A DNA stretch of 64,000 nt, taken from positions 33,110,001-33,174,000 of the forward strand of contig OZ249440.1 in the NCBI GenBank assembly GCA_965235115.1. Reading direction: 5' to 3'. Positions 1 through 11,411 of this stretch are shown here, piece by piece. Origin of the DNA: Laetmonice hystrix (taxonomy: Eukaryota). Positions within the stretch are counted from its first letter, which is position 1. Every line of letters begins with the position of its first letter. Under the pieces are notes generated by a model, which was not told the origin of the DNA, did no database searches, and saw only the letters and a list, made by a program, of their open reading frames with translations. The translations under genes were made by a program, and so were the position numbers.

Positions 1-1179
1 GTCATTCTACTGTTTCACGTGAATGTTCCGTGTGGAAAAAGGAGAAAGAAATCCTAAAGGTTAAAACAGAAAGAAAACTTAGTTTCCCTGAGGCACGCAA
101 ATTGGTGGAGCAATATTTGCTTCCACCAACAGTTAAAACCTATGCTGCCGCTGTTAAGCCTACCACACGGACTTTTGCTTGTCAAACGGAGATGGTGTGG
201 GTCAAGGGGGATAAACCTGTGATCTACCCTGATCCCGCTGACAGCACAAATGAACCACCTAAAAAAGCTGCCTCAACACAGAGCCAGACAACCTCGGTTC
301 CTCCTCCACAGGCCGGGCCGAGTACCAAAGAACCATCTCCGAAGAAAGATCAACCGAATACCAAAAAGCCATCTACCAAAAAAGATCAAACAAAAAAAAA
401 ACAATCACAGATCGGCTGCCCAAAGCAGCCTCCAACAATAGTGCACTAGCACTTACAAACAATTTTCAGCATCTTCAGGATGTTGAAATGGCTGATGCTA
501 CGACTTGTCGTAGCTGCAGCCTTTCCCCCAAAATAAAATCTAGGGGGCGTTTGCCTGTTAAACCACCTTGATGGCAGGCAACTGCTTCCTCCAATGGAAT
601 TGTCGAGGTTTTAGAGCCAATTTTCATGAGCTCAGACTTTTAGCAGAAAACCTTGATCCTCTTGCCCTTTGTCTCGGGCAGTAAGAAATGTTTCCTGTAG
701 ACAAAGTCTCATTTAAGGGCTATCAGACTTTCTTTGGTTTTGCACCAGATGTTGATCGTGCTGCTGGCGGCACTGCCATTCTGGTTCGACAAGACCTCAT
801 CCATAGCCCTGTTACAATAGACACACCATTACAAGCAATAGCCATACGCCTAACTCTACATAAAGCCATCACTATCTGCTCCATATACATTCCCCCAAAT
901 AATAACTTGGCCCACCAGGATCTTAATGATTTAGTGGGTCAACTGCCAACTCCGTATCTCCTTTTGGGAGTTTTTAATGGCCACAATCCCTTATGGGATG
1001 GCACCACAACTGATGGCAAGGGCAAGAGGATTGAAGAGTTCATTGATAATCATGCTCTATGCATTTTTAATGATGGTTAAAACATATACTTACATCCCGG
1101 TCATGGCACTTATACAGCCATTGACCTTGCAATAGCTGAACCAGATCTGCTGCTGGATTATTCCTGGAGGGTCTGGGAT
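1..1179 (+). mobile_element. I/Nimb-type LINE fragment, copy 1 (ORF1 C-terminus and start of ORF2 AP endonuclease), degenerate, cut by window edge and truncated at ~1179
   Basis: Highly similar to 49000-50200. Contains ORF1 tail (WKKEKEILKVKTERKLSFPEAR), TGATG junction at 569-573 and APE motifs (QWNCRG, GGTAIL, SIYIPP, FNGHNPLW), with frameshifts and stops. Confidence 0.9.
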
Positions 1180-2463
1180 ACAACCAATCATTAACCGTTA
1201 TCCACTGGGTAACCAACTCTTGGCTGCTGCAGTCCTGTTCTCCGGTTCAACATACACAAGTGACAAGGTTTCATCAGATGTGTAGTTTCCTCAACTTGCA
1301 TGTGCCAGTCCCCCCAACATACTTTAGGCTGCAGTCCCTGTTTCTCTGTCCCGTTGTGGCGCATGCTTGGCAACAGGAAAAGACTTTGGTTCAGAGTGAC
1401 CTGGCCAAACAACAGAGCGTTCAGTTGATTGGAAATGCTCGATGCGATTCGCCGGGCTACTCGGCAAAGTACAGCACGTATACCATGATGGATACTGAGG
1501 GCAGAATTGTTGACTTTGCTTTAGTGCAGGTGACAGAGGTGAAGTCCTCCCAAGCAATGGAGCTTGAAGGGTTCAAGCATACTCTCGACAACATTCAGCA
1601 TGCAGACATTGACATTGGCATTGTTGCCACTGATAGACATATCAGCATCAGAAAAGAAATGAAGCTGCATTCAAGCATCAACCACCAGTTTGATATTTGG
1701 CATTTTGCAAAGAATATAAGAAAGTCTCTGGAAGCAAAGGCAAAGAAGAAAATGTATGCCGATTTAGAGCCATGGGTTCAGTCAGTCAGTAATCATCTTT
1801 GGTGGTGTAGTGCAACGTGTGATGGCAATGCAGAGGTACTGCGAGAAAAATGGTGTTCCATTCTCTTCCACATAACGAACGTACATTCGTGGGAAACCGG
1901 CAAACTGTTCCATCAGTGTGCACATGCAGCTGTCTCGCCAGATGAAGCAAGAAGAAAGAAGTGGTTGAAAATTGACTCTGCGTCTTATGTAGCACTGGAG
2001 GAGGTGGTACTAGACCCTAAGTTGCTGGAGGACATGGAGCACCTGACCCACTTTTGTCCCACTGGCCTGCTGGAAGTGTACCATTCGCTCTACAACAAGT
2101 ATGCCAAAGCGACAGCATTTCTCGTACGAGGGTATGGTAGGAAGAACAATGCTAGCAGCGCTGGACAACAACAAGCACACAGGACGACGACAGGCAGCTG
2201 TTCAGAAAGGGGCAAGAAAAGGGACAACTCGTCACAATGTTGTGCGTCCTAAAGGTCGGGTGGGGTGGGTAGCCAAACCTCTGTATGAAAGAAAAAACTA
2301 TGGCTACATCAAGGGTATGATGGAGCAGGTAGCAGACTCTTGTAGAACAGGAATTGTTGGTAGTCGTATCACAGTTCCGGGTAGCATACCACGTAATATT
2401 GCTCCTGAGACAAAACCAGATAAAGATCAGCTAGTTAGACTGCACTTATCCAGATTCTGCTAG
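1180..2463 (+). pseudogene. Kolobok-like DDE transposase, 5'-truncated and frameshifted
   Basis: QP...GNQLLAAAVLFSG, GNARCDSPGYSAKYSTYT (a GDGRCDSPG-type motif), ATDRH, HQFDIWH, NHLWW, TGLLEVYHS, then PKRQHFSYEGMVGRTMLAALDNN in the next frame (ORFs 1260-2252 and 2101-2463). Family assigned by motif recognition. Confidence 0.7.
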
Positions 2464-2629
2464 AATCATAAGGGCTAGAACATACAGGGGAGAGAAGCAT
2501 GTGTGTACCAAAAGCACAGGACTTTGTTCATGCCCGGACTTTCCCAAATCAGCTGAATCCATATTGAAATGAACAAAATGAATGCAACACATGAAGATTA
2601 AAACAGGTCAGCGATTCTTGTTTGAGTCT

Positions 2630-3102
2630 GAACACAGAAAGGGTTGAAGCGCACAACATTCAGCGTGTAGACATTCGCATTATTGCTACGGATAAACATA
2701 CTTGTATCAGCATCAGAAAAGAAGTGTTCAAAGCAGCATTCAAACATCAACCACCAGTTTGATATTTGGAATTTAAAAAGAATATAAGAAAGTCTCTGAA
2801 AGCCTTTTTATAAAGAATACAAGAAAGTCTATAAAGGCAAAGAAGAAAATATATGCAGACTTAAGGGCCTGACCCACTCGCGATTTCCCATGCGAGGGTC
2901 ATGCGATTTTTGATTTAATGATGGAATTTCGCTCTGAACTTTTTCCTGGCTGGCCTTCCCTCTTTAAGGAAATGGGTTCCATCCTTTAATCTCAAAATCA
3001 CAGTAAAATAAAAGGGGCGGGGTGTCAGAATCGTCTTTAGTGGATCAGGCCAGCCATGAGCACAGTCGGTCATCATCTTTGGTGGTGTAGTGCAACGTGT
3101 GA
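2630..3102 (+). repeat. Degenerate partial duplicate of the Kolobok-like transposase segment ~1565-1825
   Basis: catcaaccaccagtttgatatttgg, aagaatataagaaagtctctg and catctttggtggtgtagtgcaacgtgtgat recur at 2745-2860 and 3073-3102. Confidence 0.75.
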
Positions 3103-4189
3103 TATTGTTTGGTTTTGAAAAAGGTTTTGGGGAAAGCAAGCATGGCTATGGTGTCCCTGTTTGGCATCCCCCCGTCTGGTTAGATCATTGTTATTCAATG
3201 TAGGGCAATATTAGGCAATACAAGGGCAATATTGCATCAGATGCATGGTCTGCTCCTTTAGTTTAAGACACTTGTGCTTAGAAAGTAAAATGGAGTATAG
3301 CCGCACGTTTGTACAGAGATGTTTTTTCCTATCCATTGAATGTTGGGCAGTACTTCTAATTTCTATGCACTTGCTTAACGAAAGAACATGTCCCTATCCT
3401 GGCTTATATCACTTACTGAGAGTTCTTTCTGATTGTGATTTTTTTGTGTGCTAAGTATGCTGATGTTAGTACTAGTAGGCTGCAACTTAATGTCAGTTTT
3501 CCATCTCTGACATGACTTTTTAAAACTATCTTGTCACCTCAGATAGGCCTACTACAGTAACTACAAAGTTAATTCACTCATGAATGTATTTTACATGCTT
3601 TAATGTAGGCATATGTATGGACCGGTAGTTTAAATGTGCTAATATCAGTTATATTCTAATGTATGCCTGTGATAGGCCAATGAAAACTACACTTATGCCA
3701 CGATTCATGCGAATCGAATAAAGAAAATTTAAAAGATCTTTTGTGTACTGCTTTCAAATGTCCTCCTCTGTTACGTTTTTTATCCATTTGGGAGGGGTGG
3801 GGATGTCTGTAAGTACAAAAAATAGATGTGCTCATTTGCTGCTTTTTATTTCAGAAAGTCCATATCTCACTTTCAGCCTTTTAGTTTTATTTACCATTTA
3901 TTTATTACGGGAGAGTGAGTGGAATATATGAGCCGCCGGTGGGGGTGGGGGTGGGGGTGGGGGTGGGGGTGGGGGTGGGGTCTCATTGGACTGCCGATTA
4001 AGACTAAACCATTTATCATTACAAATTTGATTTATAAAACTGGTCCCATCTCGTCTCGGGGTCTGCGCCTATTTCATTCAACATTTTTGATTTACCAAAG
4101 ATGGTCGATTATTGATACCAGTTTGCGCAACCGATATATCCACATGCTCGCTCAACCGCCACCTGGCGGGAACAACTGAAGAAGACGTG

Positions 4190-4510
4190 ACGTGGCAGAA
4201 CAACTTGTAAAGGAGCATCTAGACGTAAAGGGAAGGAGCTACCGGTTGGACACGTCCTGTCGAGCACAGAAACAGACAGCACTCATACTGATTCTAGTGA
4301 TGAAGACAGTAGTGCACGTACAGAGGACTCGGGTCCTGGGGAATATGGGGTAGAGGGCTTAATGCTGTACATGTATGAACCCGAGTTTACTGAAGATGAG
4401 CTCCAGCAACAGTCACAAGCACAAGCAGTGCAAGATCTAGCCGGCCAAGTGAACGAAGCTCAACATGATGTTCATGAAGAGCAGCAGGCTGAGGCAGACA
4501 GGTTTAATGA
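4190..4510 (+). pseudogene. Possible N-terminus of a KolX / P2X7-ballast-like accessory protein, cut off by the LINE
   Basis: Manual translation gives an acidic segment ...DSSDEDSS...LMLYMYEPEFTEDEL...EADRFN, resembling the PYMFEPE...R motif that precedes the Cys cluster in KolX-type proteins. The Cys cluster itself is not present. Confidence 0.4.
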
Positions 4511-7500
4511 GAGTGAGTGAGTGGTGGTTTTCCGCCGTGCCGGCATCCGGGGCCATCTTCGCGGCGAAAACGGGGTTAAAAGACCATGAAATGAAAGGAA
4601 CCTATTTTATCCCGGGCCCCAACGGGAATATCATTAAAGACACTCCATCCTGTCAGCCCAACCAGGCTATCGATGAGCCTGAACTATAAAAGAGTCAGAA
4701 GTCCAGCTTCTGACAAAAACTCTAAAATCACTCCTGGTCTGACATTGTTAAAAAGATCCTTAAGGCTTGTCTCACTATAAAACCGTTGTCTGATCAGAGT
4801 AAAATCACCGCACTCAAGTAAAAGATGCTTCAGTGTCAAAGGACACTTTGAACTGCAGCCGCAGACACATCACTGCCATTCTTTGAGCCATCAGTATAGA
4901 AGGCAGAATGTGAGGGATACCTTGCCTGGACGTCAAGAAAATGTTCAAAATATGTCAGGGGATGAGTCTCTGACTTCTTCAGTTGAGCCAACTGAAGAAT
5001 GACGTCAGGCTTCGCCAATTCCCAAGGAGGAATATTGCAAAAATGTGTCTGCCCCAGGACGTTCAGATCAATATCCAGTTCCTCTAGATGAGGTTTCACC
5101 CTCAGTCTAAAAGGACGTATGTACGTTTCCTTTCTTTCATATAAATGTTGGAACTGAGGGTGAAAAACGCAATTGTAAGCTGGATTTGAACTGTTTGTCC
5201 CGAGCTTGACTGCATACTGCAGAGCCAGCTTCAGACGCCTGTTGTCAAGCGATGGCTCTCGGGCCTCCACATAGAGGCTCTGAACAGGGGACGTTCTAAA
5301 AGCCCCAAGTGAAAGCCGCACACCCTGGTGGTAAACCGTGTCCAAAAGCCGAATGTAAGACTTACAAGCAGAACCATAAACTATGCTACCGTAATCGAGC
5401 GTAATGAAGCTCTGTACAGTTGTAAAAGGACTGTACTGTCTGCCCCCCAGTTTGTGCCAGATAAAACCTTGAGAACGTCCAGAGCCTTAAGGCATCTGGA
5501 TTTGAGTGATTTAATGTGAGGGATAAAAGACAGCTTGCTGTCAAAAGTGAGTCCCAGAAACTTTGTCTCTTTAACGACCTTGATAGGATCTCCATCCATT
5601 GTCAACTCGGGGTCAAGGTGGAAAGCACGCAGTTTGCAGAAATGCATGCAGACCGTTTTAGATTTCGAAAATTTAAAACCATTTTCCACCGACTAAGTGT
5701 GGATTCTGTTGAGACAGAGTTGGAGCTGCCTCTCAATGGCATTCATGTTTTTGCCTCTGCAGCAGACGTCAAAGTCATCGACGAACAGGCTGCAGGGCAT
5801 GCCAGTTTTAACCGAGTTAACAATGCTGTTGATCTTAATACTAAAAAGGGTAACGGACAAAATGCTTCCCTGAGGCACACCTAATTCTTGGTCATGCAAG
5901 TCAGACAGGGTCGTGCCTACTCTGACTTGAAAATGTCTGTTGGATAAAAACTGGGATATGAAAAGGGGCAAACGCCCCCTAAAACCCATATCTTGTAAAT
6001 CTTTTAAAATGCCGTACTTCCATGTTGTGTCGTATGCCTTTTCAAGGTCGAAAAAGACGGCAACAACATGTTCACGGTTGATAAAAGCATCTCGGATGTA
6101 TGTCTCGAGTCTGATTAGATGATCAAGAGTACTTCTCCCTCGCCGGAAGCCACACTGAAACTCGGTTATGAGCTGCTCAGACTCCAGCTTCCAGACGAGG
6201 CGATCATTAATCATTCTCTCCATGGTTTTGCACAGGCAACTTGTTGAGGCTATTGGTCTGTAATTGTTAGCTTCACTATGGTCTTTTCCTCGTTTTGGGA
6301 TGGGGATGATTATTGCTTCTTGCCAGGAAAGGGGTATATTACCAGTTATCCAGATATTGTTGAAAATGTGAAGAAGGATGAGGAGGGTGGTGTCGGGTAG
6401 ATGTTTTCAGAATTGGTAATGTATTTTGTCAGGTCCAACTGACTCTTAGTTCTTCAATGGAAAAGAGTTGGTTATACTCTTCTGTGTTGTTAGAGTGGAA
6501 ATTTAGTTTTTGTTTCTCTTTTCGAGCACGAATGGCTTGGAATTGAGGGAGGCAGTTCCTGGAGGAGGAGTTTGTTTCATGGTAATTTTCTGTATCATGT
6601 TCCAGATTTTTGTGATGGGAGTACGAGAGGTCAGGCTGGAGACATAGTCTCTCCAGCTCTGCCTCCGTCTCTCTTTACAGATACGGCGTGCCCGTGCTCT
6701 CATGATTTTAAAATTAGTGAGGTTCACTGCAGTTGGGTGCCTGTTAAAAAGGCGTTCAAAGGCTTGCATTCATCATTAAACCATGGATTTGAGACATGTT
6801 TAGGAATTGTCGAGGTTTTAGGAACTGTCCTGTCTGCAATGGAGATTAAAAGCGAGGTAAAATCATCCATTGCTTCAGGATCGTTAATGGTGTCTGCTCT
6901 GAATTCCTCCAGACAGAGGGTCTGGAAGGAGTGCCAGTCAGCTTTTTTAAGTTGCCACCTTTGTTGTTTTTCCCCAATGTTGGGTCCTTCATAGGTAAAT
7001 ATGGTGGGAAAGTGATCACTCCCGCAAAGGTCATCCCAGACCCTCTAAGAGAAATCCAGCAGCAGATCTGGTTCAGCTATTGCAAGGTCAATGGCTGTAT
7101 AGGTGCCATGACCAGGATGTAGGTATGTGTTTGAACCATGATTAAAAATGCATAGAGCATGATTATCAATGAACTCTTCAATCCTCTTGCCCTTGCCATC
7201 AGTTGTGGTGCCACCCCATAAGGGATTGTGGCCGTTAAAGTCTCCCAAAAGGAGATATGGGGATGGTAGTTGACCCACTAGATCATCAAGATCCTGTTGG
7301 GTCAAGACACTGTTTGGCGGAATATATATGAACAGATAGTGATGGCTTTATGCAGAGTTAGGCGAATGGCTATTGCTTGTAATGGTGTGTCTATTGTTAC
7401 AGGGCTATGGATGAGGTCTTGTCGAACCAGAATGGCAGTGCCGCCAGCAGCACGATCACCATCTGGTGCAAAACCAAAGAAAGTCGGATAGCCCTTAAAT

Positions 7501-9441
7501 GAGACCTTGTCTCGGGCGGTAAGGAATGTTTCTTGTAAGCAAAAGGCAAGAGGGTTGAGGTTTTCTGCTAAAAGTCTGAGTTCATTAAAATTGGCTCTAA
7601 AGCCTCGACAATTCCATTGAAGGAAGCATTTGCCTGCCATCAAGGTGGTTTAACAGGCAAACGCCCCCTAGTTTTTATTTTGGGGGAAAGGCTGCGACTA
7701 CGGCAAGATGTAGCGTCAGCCATTTCAACATCTTGAAGATGCTGAAACTTATTTGTGAGTGCTATTGCACTGTTGTTGGCGGCTGCCTTGGGCAGCCGAT
7801 CTGTAATTATTTTCTTCTTTGGTTGATCTTTTTTGGGGGATGGTTCTTTGGTACTCTGTTGATCTTTTTTTGGGAGATGGTTCTTTGGTACTCGGCCCGG
7901 CCTTTGGAGGAGGAACCGAGGTTGTCTGGCTCTGTGTTGAGATGGCTTTCTTAACTGGTTGACTTGAGATGGCAAGCTTTGGTGGTTGACTCGTGCTGTC
8001 AGCAGGATCTGGGTAGGTCACGGGTTTATCTCCCTTGACCCACACCATCGCCGTTTGACAAGCGAAAGTCCGTGTGGTAGGCTTGGTGGCAGCAGCATAG
8101 GTTTTAATGGTTGGTGGAAGCATACTGCTCCACCAACTTGCGTGCCTCTGGAAAGCTGATCCGTCTTTACCTTCAAAATTTCTTTTTCTTTTTTCCACAC
8201 GGAACAGTCACGAGAAGTGGCAGAGTGGTCCTCCCCACAGTTTGCACATTTTGGGGGTTTTTGACATTCCAGATGGTCATGGCCAGTCTCAGCACCGCGA
8301 GAACACTTCTGCTGATTCCGGCACGAGTCAGTCCCATGCCCAAACCTCTAGCATTTATAGCATCTCAGAGGGTTTGGGATATAGGCATCCACCTTTACTT
8401 TCAAAAAGCCAATCTCGAGTTCCACTGGTACAGTGGGCCTGTCGAAAGTGAGAAAATAAGTGTGAAACGAGATGGTGAAACCATAAAGACACACAATCAA
8501 TCTTTTCACTTCCGACACACCTTGCCACCTCAACCCAGCAAGGATCTCCTGTTAAGTTGTCGTGTCAAGAGAGTTTGTTCTAATAACACCCTTGCTGGAG
8601 TTGAGCGTCCGGTGACGAGAGGCCTTAATACTGTAACCTGCGTGTACTGTGGCACTCAACAGGTTTGCAGATTGGGCCCTCGTGGCACACTCTACCAACA
8701 GTTGGCCAGATCTCAACCGTTTACAATCTTTGACTGTTCCAGCTATCCCCAATATGCCTTTATGTATGGCAAAAGGGGATAGCTTAGATATTGGTCGTTC
8801 AGGTTCTGCTGATTCAACAATGACGAAACGAGGCCATTCAGTCAAAGGTTCGTTCTCCATAGACCGGTCCGAGTCAGAGTCCGTTAATTTCACTAGTTTT
8901 CGTTTGGGGGGATTGTTTGATGCCATGGTTGTGTTAAAGTTTTTCACCAACCCTATTCCCCACCCTCCACGGAGCCCAACAAGGGGAAGTGCAGAGCTGC
9001 GGTAACCAGCAGTTGCAAACCAAGGATATAGGGTTGGTATACTCAAGCAATGGAACGAAAGAGGGTGTTGCCATTACTTGATTGACCCTAAGCCACCGCC
9101 TTCTAGGAATAAAGAAGAAATAGTTACGATAGATGTTGCCTATTGTATAAGAGAATTAAATTCACTGTAAAGCGTACCCAATACAAAAAATCCTAGGGCA
9201 AGGCGTGACCAGCCGATTGATTGGATCGGGCCTCTCCAACCTCCCGTCTAGGTGAAGTAGGAGCCAAAGCACCGTGTTGGACCTGTGAAAAGCCGCAGCA
9301 ATTCACCGTCCTCAGGTACCAGGACCTCTTCCTCCACCGACACGGGTCGCGACTCACGGCAAACAAGTCGCCCCATTTATTCGCCTCTTACGAACAGCCA
9401 GGGGGGGCTGGGGAACATTCTTACCCCGGTCCCCACGGGGG
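4510..9441 (-). mobile_element. I/Nimb-type LINE, copy 2: both termini present, with internal deletions and frameshifts
   Basis: 5' end CCCCCGTGGGGACC at 9441; ORF1 MASNNPPKRK... with a knuckle; TGATG at 7642-7638; APE; RT (FFDLEKAYD, GVPQGS, LFVDD); RNase H start (FYTDGSK) with the rest deleted; 3' UTR ending in (ACTC)n at ~4510. No TSD found. Confidence 0.93.
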
Positions 9442-9729
9442 CAGCCACCAGGTGAAAGGCTTTGTGTGAGCTTTATATAGAGTGGACCTACTTCACACTC
9501 CGTGGTACTATGTGATAAGTAGCCAAGCCACTTCTAACAATATGCCTGCCACAACAGTGTTGTATGATTGGAGCACTTTGCCTGCACACATTGTAGACTT
9601 TGATTTTTAAAATGACCCTTGCAGTTTAGCTTCAATTTTACTCTAAATACAGATGTTCACAATTTAAATCGAAAAATATTCGACATGGACAAAAGGTTAA
9701 CAAGGCAGAGTTCATGAACTTCAGAAAAA

Positions 9730-10223
9730 ATGTGTTCTTCACATGACGACAGTATGAAGATTATTTTGGAAAAGATTGCGGAGCTTTCTGTCATTCCTAA
9801 ACAAATCGAGGCGATTAAAGGTGAAATCAGTTGGCTCCTCTAATTTACTGACAGTTGAAGCTATTTCAAACCATAGTGCAGCTAAAGAATGAGCTCAAAC
9901 AAAAGAAAGAGCTACGGAAGAGTATAGAGCGTAAGCTGGATGTTGTTCAGACCAGGCTAGTTCAATCTGAAGACTACACGAGAAGATATAATTTGTTGAT
10001 TCATGGTATTCATGGTATTCCTGAGACAAAAGATGAGATCTCTAGGGAGAAAGTTCTTGTCTTTTTTAGAGATAAGCTGAAGATAACCGCCCAAATAAAT
10101 CTTGACACAACACATCGCTTAGGTAAACCTACCCCTGGCAAAGACAGACAGCTCATTGCCCGATTTGTATGACAGGACGACCGCAACCTTACAAGTATGG
10201 GCGAAAAGGCGGGAACTCAAAGG
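9730..10223 (+). pseudogene. CR1/L2/L1-type LINE ORF1 (coiled coil + RRM), 5' part, split by the 10224-19175 element
   Basis: EDYTRRYNLLIHGIPE...HRLGKP...RQLIARFV...VWAKRRELKG; the sequence continues at 19176. Confidence 0.75.
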
Positions 10224-10934
10224 TAGGTACGTCACAATCCGCCAGGTGCGCTGCTGCGCCGCTGTCCGCGTTTTCGTCTATGGCAAATTGTGACCTACAT
10301 TTTAGACCCGTCCCGTTAAGGTCCCGTTCGTTTTGGTTGGCCCTCACTGTTGTTAGCTTGTTGACATTGAAATAAGGTCACTCAATGAACCAATCACGAG
10401 CCAGAGAATCGACACGCCTTTTCCAGAAGCACGTGCGAGTTTTTTTTCCGTCACTGGTGTGCCAGCAAAGTCGGGCTTCGCACGGAAAATTCAACGGTAA
10501 GTGGAGTTGTGTGAACTATAAATACATTTGTGTCTTATAAACAATGTATTTCTCGTCAGTTTGATACCAAATTTGTCTGTGTAAGCCCATGCACACGTAC
10601 TGAAAAAGCTCCCGGAAAAATCCGAGAACCGCATTTGCAGTGTAAATATTTGGTTAGTTGACGTCACGCAAAGCTGTCAACACAGCGTCAGCGTAACGCG
10701 ACGCACGGAAAGTCGACACTTGGGTTAAAGTACTTTACCAGACAGCTTAGAGCTAGAAAACAATGAGTTTGCAATAGAATGACTTCCCAAGGATCCTAGT
10801 GTTTGCTTCAGGATCGTCAAACTCTCAGATGACTATCATTTTCTGTGATCCCGACGGGATCCTAAGTTGTGATGTGATGTGATGATGTACATCGGTCGGG
10901 CCGCGGCCAGCCACTCGGTCTCAGTCACACTGAC

Positions 10935-11075
10935 GGTGGTGGGGGTGGTGGGGGAGGGGGGGGGGTGGTGGGGGAGGGGGGGGGTGGTGGGGGAGGTGGG
11001 GTGGTGGGGGAGGTGGGGTGGTGGGGGAGGGGGGGTGGGGGGGTGGGGGAGGGGGAGGGGGGGTGGTGGTGGTGT
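10935..11075. repeat. G-rich low-complexity tract (G-quadruplex-prone)
   Basis: Runs of GGGG separated by T or A over ~140 bp. Confidence 0.85.
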
Positions 11076-11411
11076 GGGCCCTGGTGTGTGTGCTGAAGGG
11101 GACCCTACCCGGGAGTTTAGCTGTGTCACCAGCAACCTATATTTTGTGATATTTCTGATAGTTCTCCTGGGGGGGGGGAGATCCCAAAAAAATCAGAATT
11201 AATTCAATCCCGCCTGGATCCTAGAAAAAAATCCCTAAATTCAACCCTGCTGACCTAATCTTGGTTATATTATCAGCTGGACCCCCCCCCCCCCCTGCAA
11301 AAATTCCTGGATCTGCACCTGTAATGTAGCCCAATCAACCGAGCCTACGCTACAGTCTAGTGCCTTAGGCTTAGCTCTGTGTAGATCTATCTTTGTATTT
11401 TATCCAAATAG

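Noticed and set aside
4495..9460. TSD for LINE copy 2
   Set aside because: Flanks share no duplicated sequence and do not re-join, suggesting an adjacent deletion or rearrangement.
10836..11202. Pro-rich and Gly-rich ORFs
   Set aside because: Translations of a G-rich low-complexity tract.
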